Translations under genes and position numbers: made by a program
Notes under the pieces: generated by a model
What the model saw: only the letters and a program-made list of their open reading frames with translations
Told to the model about the DNA's origin: nothing
The model's database searches: none
DNA from: Pseudomonadales bacterium
Lineage (GTDB): Bacteria > Pseudomonadota > Gammaproteobacteria > Pseudomonadales > UBA5518
NCBI GenBank assembly: GCA_024234165.1
Contig: JACKOP010000001.1
Location: 213,707 to 277,706 of the forward strand
Direction of reading: 5' to 3'
DNA length: 64,000 nt
Shown: one piece after another, positions 16,324-24,188 of the stretch
Layout of the letters: every line of letters starts with the position of its first letter
How positions within the stretch are numbered: the stretch's first letter is position 1

Positions 16324-17676
16324 TCAGGAGTCTTCGAGACCATCGCGCGACTCCGGATCCACATCGTCGCGCTCGTCGTCGTCCTGCTGCACCTTGCTTG
16401 ACGGCACTGGACCCAGATCGTCAGATCGCGTCTGGATGCCGATATGAAAGGCAGCAAAGCCTGGATGCACGAACTGATCCACTGCCTTGCCAATCAGCCG
16501 TCCTGCATAAGGAGAAACGATGTCGGCACGCAGGTTCGTGATCGGATCAGTGACACTGCCAAGCAGATCTCCTACCGCCACCTTCTGTCCAAGCTTCACA
16601 CGCGCGAACAGGATACCACCTGCGTCGGCCCGCACCCAGCGCGACCGGTAGTGCACCGGGACCGGGTTGCCCCAGACGCGCAGCTTGCGATACATGCCGA
16701 GTTGATCGATCAGCGCGAAGATCCCCTGGACGCCGTGCTCGACCTCCTGTTCCTGCAGTCGCATCGGCTCACCCGCCTCCAGCGTTATGGTCGGTACGCC
16801 GTGTTCAACGGCAGCTCGACGCAAGGTGCCCGATGCGCCCGGGCTGTGGATGATCGCGGTCGACGTGAAGGCCTCCGCTACCCGTGCCACCTCGGGTCGG
16901 CGCAGATCCCCACGCACTTGGGGCAGGTTGGTGCGGTAGAACGATCCGGTGTGCAGATCGACGAGTACGTTGCAATGGACGATGATTTCATTGAAGAACG
17001 AATACGCGATTCGCGAAGCGGAACTTCCCTGCAGGTTACCGGGGAAGTGTCGGTTGAGGTCCCGACGATCCGCGAGATAGCGCGATGCACGCCGGAAGCC
17101 GACCAGGTTCACGATCGGCACACCAACCACGGTACCCTTCAATTGATGTGCATCGATGTCGTACAGCACGCGTCGGACCATCTCGATACCGTTGAGCTCA
17201 TCGCCGTGCACCGCAGCAGTCAGGCAGAGAACGGGGCCGTCGAGCGTACCGTTCACCACCAGTACCGGTGTCGCAGCCGCAATGCCCTCGAAGGATTCTT
17301 CGGGCTGCCATGCCAGGCGTGCCGCAGTTCCCGGGGCTACTTCGGCATCGAGCAGCACGAACGGTGCCCGTGAATCCGCGGGAAGTCCCGCGACATCGAG
17401 GTCGTCGAGCGTACCGATGGCTGCATCTTGCGCCCGATCGGAGCGCATCTCGATGTCGCGGCGCAATTGCTCCTGGTAATTCCTGCCCGGCAAGCGGGTG
17501 ACCGGCGCGTCCAGTTCGACGCTGCGTGCCCGCCGATGAAGAACCGGGTTCGTCTCGTGCTGCGTTTGCGTGTCTGCCGCCGCGCCGGTAGCGTGGTCCG
17601 GCGCGGGCGGAGCAGCGTAGCTGTTCGCGGCGGCGGATAAAGCCAACGCCGCAAACAGGTGCCCGATCAGCCGCAC
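16324..17676 (-). CDS. Secreted succinylglutamate desuccinylase/aspartoacylase (AstE/AspA, M14-like) family protein
   Basis: The track ORF is 16324..17751. I prefer GTG 17676, which gives the signal peptide [21 protein letters not shown]. The core [20 protein letters not shown]...VDLHTG fits the family. The start is uncertain and overlaps the nrdJb stop. Confidence 0.7.
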   Translation of the reverse strand: MRLIGHLFAALALSAAANSYAAPPAPDHATGAAADTQTQHETNPVLHRRARSVELDAPVTRLPGRNYQEQLRRDIEMRSDRAQDAAIGTLDDLDVAGLPADSRAPFVLLDAEVAPGTAARLAWQPEESFEGIAAATPVLVVNGTLDGPVLCLTAAVHGDELNGIEMVRRVLYDIDAHQLKGTVVGVPIVNLVGFRRASRYLADRRDLNRHFPGNLQGSSASRIAYSFFNEIIVHCNVLVDLHTGSFYRTNLPQVRGDLRRPEVARVAEAFTSTAIIHSPGASGTLRRAAVEHGVPTITLEAGEPMRLQEQEVEHGVQGIFALIDQLGMYRKLRVWGNPVPVHYRSRWVRADAGGILFARVKLGQKVAVGDLLGSVTDPITNLRADIVSPYAGRLIGKAVDQFVHPGFAAFHIGIQTRSDDLGPVPSSKVQQDDDERDDVDPESRDGLEDS

Positions 17677-18353
17677 TTGGAGTCGCCGCAACTCAGGCAG
17701 GTCATGCAGCCATCCATCATGATCATTGCCTTGGTCATGCACTTGCTGCAAAGCTGGGCTCCAGCAGGGTAGGGGCTGTGCTCCTGCACGTTCGCCTTTA
17801 CCTTGTTCGTCTCGAACTGAGCCCGCTTCTCATCCATGATTTTCTGTTGATGCTCGCTGATCTCCGGTGGTTGCAGCATCCCGATATCGATCAGATGCGT
17901 TTCGATGCACTCGCCTATCTCGGCGACCAGCGACGGCATGAAACGTCCGCCCTTCTTGAAGTAACCGCCCTTGGGGTCGAACACGGCCTTGAGCTCTTCG
18001 ACCAGGAAGGTGCAGTCGCCGCCTTTGCGAAACACCGCCGACACCACTCGCGTGAGTGCCAGTACCCACTGGAAGTGATCCATGTTCTTCGAGTTGATGA
18101 AGATCTCATACGGGCGTCGCTGCTCGTGTGCAGTGCCCGGGTTCAGCACGATATCGTTGATCGTGATGTACAGGGCGTGCTCTGACAGCGGCGTCTTGAT
18201 CTTGTACGTCGCACCCGGAAGGGTGTCCGGCCTCGAGATGTTCTCGCTCATTCTCTCGATGGCGCGCTCGAGTTCCTCGGCTGTCGAGGCCTTGTCCTGT
18301 GCGGTGTCGAGCACCTTGTAACCGACGATGCGCTTGGCAATCTTGACCGTCAT
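17667..18353 (-). CDS. nrdJb: Class II (B12-dependent) ribonucleotide reductase, small C-terminal subunit NrdJb
   Basis: The real start is ATG 18353 (MTVKIAKRIVGYKV...); the track ORF extension to 18680 overlaps nrdJa out of frame. The Cys-rich tail [27 protein letters not shown], and the position 15 nt after nrdJa, match the split NrdJa/NrdJb arrangement known from Pseudomonas. Confidence 0.8.
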   Translation of the reverse strand: MTVKIAKRIVGYKVLDTAQDKASTAEELERAIERMSENISRPDTLPGATYKIKTPLSEHALYITINDIVLNPGTAHEQRRPYEIFINSKNMDHFQWVLALTRVVSAVFRKGGDCTFLVEELKAVFDPKGGYFKKGGRFMPSLVAEIGECIETHLIDIGMLQPPEISEHQQKIMDEKRAQFETNKVKANVQEHSPYPAGAQLCSKCMTKAMIMMDGCMTCLSCGDSKCG

Positions 18354-18367
18354 GACCGCTGTGCTCC

Positions 18368-20527
18368 TCAGAATTTTCCGTAATAACCTTCTTTCATGGC
18401 TTCGAACAGATTGGCCGCGGTGTGAATCTCGCCGTCGTACTCGATCTCCTCGTTTCCTTTCACCTCGACGGTCGATCCGTCCTCGAGCTTGAACTGGTAG
18501 GTCGTCTTCTCGAGATCCTTGTCCTTGACCAGCACACCCTGGAAGGCCTCCGGGTTGAAGCGGAACGTGGTGCAGCCCTTGAGCCCGCTCTGGTAAGCGT
18601 AGAAATAGATGTCCTTGAAATCGTCGAACGGTATGTCCGTCGGCACGTTGATCGTCTTCGAGATCGACGAATCGACCCACTTCTGCGCTGCGGCCTGTAT
18701 ATCCACGTGTTGACGCGGGATGACGTCCTCGCTGGTCAGGAAATAATCGGGCAGTTGCTCACCCGGGTCGCTGGAGTAGGGGGTCGCATGCGGATTCACC
18801 AGCTCACGGTAGGCCAGCAGCTCGTAGGAGAACACATCGATCTTCTCCTTCGATTTCTTGCCTTCCCGAATTACATTACGCGAATACTGATGCGCAAAGC
18901 TCGGCTCGATGCCGTTTGACGCATTGTTCGCCAGCGACAGCGAGATGGTTCCGGTGGGTGCAATCGACGAATGATGCGTGAACCGGCAGCCTTCGGCGGC
19001 GATCGAGGCCACCAGATCGGGGGCCACGCTGGCGATACGCTGCATGTAGCGACTGTAGGTTGCATGCAGCACGCGTCCGGGAACCAGATCGCCCGGCTTG
19101 TGCCCATCCCGCACCATCTCCGGACGCTTCGCCAGCATTTCTGGCGTGACCGTGAACACCTCGTCCATGATCGGAGCCGGTCCCTTTTCACGAGCAAGTT
19201 CGAGTCCGGTCTGCCACCCGGTCAGTGCGAGCTCGCGCGAGACACGTTCGGTGAACTCGACCGCTTCGGCACTGCCGTACTTGAGGCGCAGCATCGCAAG
19301 TGCGGAACCGAGCCCGAGGAAGCCCATGCCATGACGGCGCTTGTGCTCGATTTCATGGCGTTGCTGCTCGAGCGGCAGGCCACTCATCTCGACCACGTTG
19401 TCGAGCATGCGCGTGAACACCGCAACCACCTCGCGGAACGACGGCCAGTCGAAACGCGCTTCATCGCGAAACGGTGACTGCACGAAGCGGGTCAGATTGA
19501 TCGAGCCGAGCAGACAGCTCCCATACGGCGGCAACGGCTGTTCGCCGCAGGGATTGGTGGCACGGATGTTTTCGCAGAACCAGTTGTTGTTCAGTTCGTT
19601 GACCTTGTCGATCAGGATGAAACCCGGTTCGGCGAAGTCGTACGTCGAAATCATGATCACGTTCCACAGCTTGCGCGCCTTGACCTTGCGGTATACGCGG
19701 CAGGCGACCCGACCTTCGGCATCGCATACGTAGCCTTTGGTCTGCGGAAAATGACGCCAGATTATGTCTTCGTCATCGTCGATGCCACGTCCATCCGGGT
19801 TGCGTTCCTTCTCCGAGATCGGAAACGACAACGGCCACTCCTCGTCCTGCGCGACCGCGCGCATGAACTCCTCGGTAACCAGCAGCGAAAGGTTGAACTG
19901 GCGCAGCCGTCCGTTTTCACGCTTGGCGCGGATGAAATCGACCACGTCCGGATGGCTGATGTCGAAGGTTCCCATCTGCGCTCCGCGGCGCCCGCCGGCG
20001 GAAGAGACCGTGAAACACATCTTGTCGAAGATGTCCATGAACGACAGCGGACCACTGGTATAGGCGCCGGCACCCGAGACGTAAGCTCCACGCGGACGCA
20101 ACGTGGAGAATTCGTATCCGATCCCGCAACCGGCCTTCAGGGTCAGGCCGGCTTCGAGGTTCTTCTCGAGGATTCCGAGCATCGAATCCTCGATGGTGCC
20201 GGACACCGTGCAGTTGATCGTCGAGGTCGCCGGCTTGTGCTCCTGTGCACCCGCATTCGAAATGATGCGCCCGGCAGGAATGGCTCCATTGCGCAGGGCC
20301 CATACGAAACGTTCGTACCAGTGTTCACGCACCTCTTCACGCTCGATCTCGGCCAACGCTCGCGCGACCCGGCGATACGTAGCGTCGATGGTCTCGTCGA
20401 TCGGGCTGCCCGCCTTGTCTTTCAGACGGTATTTGCGGTCCCAGATATCCTCCGACGCCGACTGCAGTGCGGTGCCGGGTTCCGTGCGCCGCAGGGGGTG
20501 TGCAACTTTCAGTACTTCGATGGACAT
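18368..20527 (-). CDS. nrdJa: Class II adenosylcobalamin-dependent ribonucleotide reductase, large subunit NrdJa
   Basis: Track ORF of 719 aa. RNR barrel motifs are present: TSTINCTVSG, GCGIGYEFSTLRPRG, GGRRGAQMGTF, NPCGEQPLPPYGSCLLGSINL. Confidence 0.92.
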   Translation of the reverse strand: MSIEVLKVAHPLRRTEPGTALQSASEDIWDRKYRLKDKAGSPIDETIDATYRRVARALAEIEREEVREHWYERFVWALRNGAIPAGRIISNAGAQEHKPATSTINCTVSGTIEDSMLGILEKNLEAGLTLKAGCGIGYEFSTLRPRGAYVSGAGAYTSGPLSFMDIFDKMCFTVSSAGGRRGAQMGTFDISHPDVVDFIRAKRENGRLRQFNLSLLVTEEFMRAVAQDEEWPLSFPISEKERNPDGRGIDDDEDIIWRHFPQTKGYVCDAEGRVACRVYRKVKARKLWNVIMISTYDFAEPGFILIDKVNELNNNWFCENIRATNPCGEQPLPPYGSCLLGSINLTRFVQSPFRDEARFDWPSFREVVAVFTRMLDNVVEMSGLPLEQQRHEIEHKRRHGMGFLGLGSALAMLRLKYGSAEAVEFTERVSRELALTGWQTGLELAREKGPAPIMDEVFTVTPEMLAKRPEMVRDGHKPGDLVPGRVLHATYSRYMQRIASVAPDLVASIAAEGCRFTHHSSIAPTGTISLSLANNASNGIEPSFAHQYSRNVIREGKKSKEKIDVFSYELLAYRELVNPHATPYSSDPGEQLPDYFLTSEDVIPRQHVDIQAAAQKWVDSSISKTINVPTDIPFDDFKDIYFYAYQSGLKGCTTFRFNPEAFQGVLVKDKDLEKTTYQFKLEDGSTVEVKGNEEIEYDGEIHTAANLFEAMKEGYYGKF

Positions 20528-20649
20528 GTACGCCTCGCTCGTGATTCTTGCCGGGTTGATGTTGTGAAAGTTTTTCCGAAAGGTCTTCCGCCGTGCACGA
20601 GAACACCGCTGCCCGACATCGGGTCATTGCTATGCAGGGGAGAGCGCAA

Positions 20650-20665
20650 ACTCAAGATGCAGTGT
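20650..20665. promoter_or_regulatory. Candidate NrdR box (weaker copy)
   Basis: ACTCAAGATGCAGTGT matches 12/16 positions of the NrdR consensus acaCwAtATaTwGtgt. Its centre is 33 bp from the strong box. It lies upstream of nrdJa. Confidence 0.5.
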
Positions 20666-20682
20666 ACTTGCGGAGCTTCAAA

Positions 20683-20698
20683 ACACAATATCTTGTGT
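20683..20698. promoter_or_regulatory. NrdR box
   Basis: ACACAATATCTTGTGT matches 15/16 positions of the palindromic NrdR consensus. It lies about 155 nt upstream of the nrdJa start. Confidence 0.8.
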
Positions 20699-20821
20699 TC
20701 ATCATTTTTTTCAGCCCCTCGCTTGGCAAGTTCTTTGCTAGCGCCAGGCTGCATCTTTGGCCGGTATGGCAGTGATCGCGGATCCCGCTTGCCGCACACG
20801 GCAGGCATTGGCTAGTATCCG

Positions 20822-21652
20822 GTGCCCCGCGCGTCGCGCACCCTGCCGCCGTCCGCGACCATCACCGCAGGACGACACACCGTGGCGCGTCAGATCCGGA
20901 TACTGACCTACAACATCCACAAGGGCTATTGCTCCGGAAACCGCCGTTTCGTGCTCGACGCGATGCGTGCCCGTATCACCGAGACGCGTGCCGATCTCGT
21001 GTTCCTGCAGGAAATCCACGGCAGGCACAGCGGACGGCGAAGCCATGAAGGTCGCTACAGCTACCCGGAACAGCCTCATTTCGAATATCTGGCTGACAGT
21101 TCATGGCCGCATTACGCCTACGGCCGCAACGCGATCTACCGCAGGGGCGATCACGGCAACGCGATCCTGAGCAAATTTCCATTCGTGGGCTGGGAAAACA
21201 TCAACGTCGCCGTGTTTCCACGCTCGAGCCGCAGCATTCTGCACGGAGTGATCGAGATCCCGCGCAGCAGGGTGCGCGTACATACGCTGTGTGTGCACCT
21301 CGGCCTGCTCGAGAAGGAGCGGCGAGGGCAGTTCGAGGTGCTCGCTGCGCGCATCGACTCGCACGTGCCGCGCGACGAGCCCTTGATCATCGCGGGGGAC
21401 TTCAACGACTGGCGGCGCCGCGCCGGACAGCACCTCCACACCGGGCTTGGGGTCGAAGAACTGTTTCTCGAACTGGAGGGGTGCCACGCACGTACATTCC
21501 CGATCTGGCAGCCATTGCTGCCGATGGATCGCATCTACTACCGCGGCGTTGCACCCGTTGCCTGCCAGCGCCTGAGCAGCGGCGCGTGGCGCGATCTGTC
21601 CGACCACGCTGCGCTGATGGGGGTGTTCAACCTGCCTGGGAGACATCGCTGA
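20822..21652 (+). CDS. Endonuclease/exonuclease/phosphatase (EEP) family protein
   Basis: Track ORF of 276 aa. The motifs IRILTYNIHKG, DLVFLQEIH, LIIAGDFND and the C-terminal SDHAAL are EEP hallmarks. The start is either GTG 20822 or GTG 20882. Confidence 0.8.
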   Translation: MPRASRTLPPSATITAGRHTVARQIRILTYNIHKGYCSGNRRFVLDAMRARITETRADLVFLQEIHGRHSGRRSHEGRYSYPEQPHFEYLADSSWPHYAYGRNAIYRRGDHGNAILSKFPFVGWENINVAVFPRSSRSILHGVIEIPRSRVRVHTLCVHLGLLEKERRGQFEVLAARIDSHVPRDEPLIIAGDFNDWRRRAGQHLHTGLGVEELFLELEGCHARTFPIWQPLLPMDRIYYRGVAPVACQRLSSGAWRDLSDHAALMGVFNLPGRHR

Positions 21653-24080
21653 GCCGCTTGCGTGAAGTCAGCTTCAAGGTCGGGATCTGCTGTGACGCGT
21701 AATCCAGGAACGCGTTGACATAATTCATGTTCACCTTGTTGCCGAAGACCACCTGCATGCGCAGCAGGCGGCCGAGCTTGATTGCAGCATGCAGGAACAT
21801 CATCGACGGCAGCAGCCTTCGCTCAGCCTTGCTCAGCGGATGGATTTCCTCCGCAGCTGCGACGAATGCATCACACAGCGTCCTGTCGATGCGCGACTCC
21901 TGATCGACGAATGCGAACTCGAGAGCGGCTTCGGCAACGTCAGCAATGCGGGGGGCGAAATGGGCTGCCTGGAAGTCGTAGAGGATGGCTTGGCCGTCGA
22001 CGAACATCACGTTGCGCGGGGTCACATCGCCGTGACAATGGACCCACGGGATATTCCGGTCTGATTCGATGCGTTCGCGTGCCGCAACGATGCCCGGTTG
22101 CAGCTCGGAAAAACGGGCGTGGAACTCCGGATCATCACTGAACCGAAGCGGCAGCTTCGCACAGTCGGCAAGCCAGAAATCCAGCGATTCAGTGAAGCGA
22201 TACGCCTCGGTAGTGGCAACCTCAGGCAACAGCGCACGGTGTACTTGAGCCAGCATGTGTCCGGCGGCAGCGACGTGCCCCCGTTCCAGACGAGCAGGAT
22301 TCACAGCATGCACGTAGTCGAGCAACATGCAGTGAAACTTGCCGAATGGCTGACACAGCGACCCGTCCAGCGCCCGGCGCGGAATGATCACGGGCGCACC
22401 GGCATGTGCCAGCGCCTCGAGCAGCGCGCATTCGTAACGCAGGTGCGTACCGCGGTGCCCTTCGCTGGGTGGAGTGAACTCCGCCCCCTTCATGACCTTC
22501 ACGATGTATTCGCCGCCGGCAGTGCTTGCTCTGAATACCTCGTTGAAACTCACGCCCTTCAGCGGTGTCAGCGTTTCGATCGAAACCCCGTAGTGCTGCT
22601 CGACGAAGGCGGGCAGGTTGGTGGTGATATCGCTTTTCTCGTACAGCACTTCGCGTGCCGGAAAGCCGCCGAGGTAGCGATCCTTTACCGTCACGTCCAT
22701 GCGGGAAGGAAAGAACAGGTAGGCCTCGACGAGGTGGTGGCGGAACGGAATGTTCGGGAATTGTTCCTGCCACGGATTGTCGATCGGAAAATCGACTTCA
22801 CCGAGGTGATAGTAGTCACAGCCGCATACTTTCCAGAAAAACTTGCGGTCCCACGTTTCGGGAACCGGATAGCGCTCGTCGAGTTCGATCAGGATATCGA
22901 AGTCAGAACCCAGCTTCGCCCACGCAATATGCAGGAATGGTACGTCGTAACGTCCGGTGCGACTGCCGGTCTTCTTCCACTCGATCGGATTCAGCAGGTG
23001 CACCTTCGCTACGCAGGGATACCGACCCACGTGTTCGCGCACGTACTCGCGAAACGCAACATCAAGCCTTTTCAGCTTCTCTTCACCGTAGGGGATCTTC
23101 ATCGGCTTCACGAAACCGATTCCATGTCCGTTCAGGAAGCGGTCGAAGTTCATCCACTCACGATCGAGGTCGATGGGTGCAGGCGCATTGCGTGCCGGGA
23201 ATATCACCCTGTCGCTGGCTGTATCGAACAGCAGTTTCGTGTGCTCGAACTCGAAGCGCTCGCCAAGATTGTTGCATCGCGCGTACTCGTAGAAATCGAA
23301 GACCTGCAGCTTCAGCAGGTTGATCTCGCGGGGGCTGAAGTTGCGTGCGTTGGCACCGAGGTACTCGGCGAGCGGCACCACGGTCGAGGCAACGGTCGCC
23401 CTGGCTGTCGGGAGCGGTGTCGCAGCAATCACCCGCAGCTCGATTCGCGCTCCCGGAATCTCGTAAACATCCCGCTTCGAATCGGGTTTTGTGTAGCCGA
23501 GCCCGGTGAACAACTGCAGAAGCTTGCGGTAGTAGGGCTTTTCTACGCTCACGCGCGCAGAGGCCACATCCCCATCACGCCTGATCTGCTCGACACGATG
23601 CGTCAGCTCGTTGATTTCGATCAAACGAAGTGTCTCGTCGAGGTCGACCGCACGTTCACGCAGATCGAGTACATCACGTGCAGCGCGAGCGAAATTGAGG
23701 AAAGACTCCCTGTCCAGCAGCAGCTTGTAGTTGCGCAGGTGGATGTGAAAACCGTCTGTATTTTCCTCCAGCGAGATGCGTGTGGGGTTGTAGACGATGT
23801 TGCGCCCGAGCGGCTTCTTGTTGAAAAAGGTCTTGATCGTGTCGCTCTGGTTGGTGTTCGGATTCACTCCATCGCGGAACCCGGCGGCGATTTCCTTGCG
23901 GACCTGCGGAATATAGGTCTCGCAGAGGTCAGCGAACTCGAGGAACTCCTCGACGCTGAACTCGATGCGCAGATCCCGGTAATGGACATGGATGTTCTCG
24001 CCCATGTCCATGAAAAAGGTATTGAAACGGTTGTTGCTCAATCCTTCGGAGCGGTGATAGAGGCGAATGATGATTCCCAC
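21627..24080 (-). CDS. Hypothetical 817-aa multidomain protein: unknown duplicated N-terminal module, possible nucleotidyltransferase-like middle segment, C-terminal APH/choline-kinase-like phosphotransferase domain
   Basis: Track ORF with a GTG start at 24080 and GAGAGA 6 nt upstream. The C-terminal region carries the kinase-fold signature WVHCHGDVTPRNVMF...LYDFQ. The N-terminus has two copies of an H-x-H-x-R motif unit (NIHVHYRDLRIEFSVEEFLEF and GFHIHLRNYKLLLDRESFLNF). The middle contains KTGSRTG...LGSDFDILIELDE. Confidence 0.75.
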   Translation of the reverse strand: MGIIIRLYHRSEGLSNNRFNTFFMDMGENIHVHYRDLRIEFSVEEFLEFADLCETYIPQVRKEIAAGFRDGVNPNTNQSDTIKTFFNKKPLGRNIVYNPTRISLEENTDGFHIHLRNYKLLLDRESFLNFARAARDVLDLRERAVDLDETLRLIEINELTHRVEQIRRDGDVASARVSVEKPYYRKLLQLFTGLGYTKPDSKRDVYEIPGARIELRVIAATPLPTARATVASTVVPLAEYLGANARNFSPREINLLKLQVFDFYEYARCNNLGERFEFEHTKLLFDTASDRVIFPARNAPAPIDLDREWMNFDRFLNGHGIGFVKPMKIPYGEEKLKRLDVAFREYVREHVGRYPCVAKVHLLNPIEWKKTGSRTGRYDVPFLHIAWAKLGSDFDILIELDERYPVPETWDRKFFWKVCGCDYYHLGEVDFPIDNPWQEQFPNIPFRHHLVEAYLFFPSRMDVTVKDRYLGGFPAREVLYEKSDITTNLPAFVEQHYGVSIETLTPLKGVSFNEVFRASTAGGEYIVKVMKGAEFTPPSEGHRGTHLRYECALLEALAHAGAPVIIPRRALDGSLCQPFGKFHCMLLDYVHAVNPARLERGHVAAAGHMLAQVHRALLPEVATTEAYRFTESLDFWLADCAKLPLRFSDDPEFHARFSELQPGIVAARERIESDRNIPWVHCHGDVTPRNVMFVDGQAILYDFQAAHFAPRIADVAEAALEFAFVDQESRIDRTLCDAFVAAAEEIHPLSKAERRLLPSMMFLHAAIKLGRLLRMQVVFGNKVNMNYVNAFLDYASQQIPTLKLTSRKRLSDVSQAG

Positions 24081-24188
24081 GGAATGTCTCTCGGATCGTA
24101 TTTGCGGATATCGGATGCACGGGCTGCAGTGCCAACGACAAGCCTAGCAGCTGAGGTGAGGATGCGCTGGCCGTCGACCAGGCGCAGC

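Noticed and set aside
16324-18680. Long N-terminal extensions suggested by the ORF track (16324-17751 and 17667-18680; likewise 37425-39959, 39716-40675, 42360-44696, 44543-47128, 48509-49078 and 51506-52477)
   Set aside because: The extensions overlap the upstream gene or intergenic DNA and translate to Arg-rich sequence. Internal starts give signal peptides or family-typical N-termini, often with a Shine-Dalgarno motif, so I used the internal starts.
20528-20821. Cobalamin riboswitch upstream of nrdJa
   Set aside because: I could not find a B12-box-like element or the conserved stem pattern by eye. NrdR boxes explain regulation of this leader. An Rfam scan would settle it.
21627-24080. The 817-aa protein as a displaced ImuA/ImuB partner of DnaE2
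   Set aside because: It has no RecA-like P-loop and no Y-family polymerase palm motifs. It lies downstream rather than upstream of dnaE2, and its recognisable part is a kinase fold.
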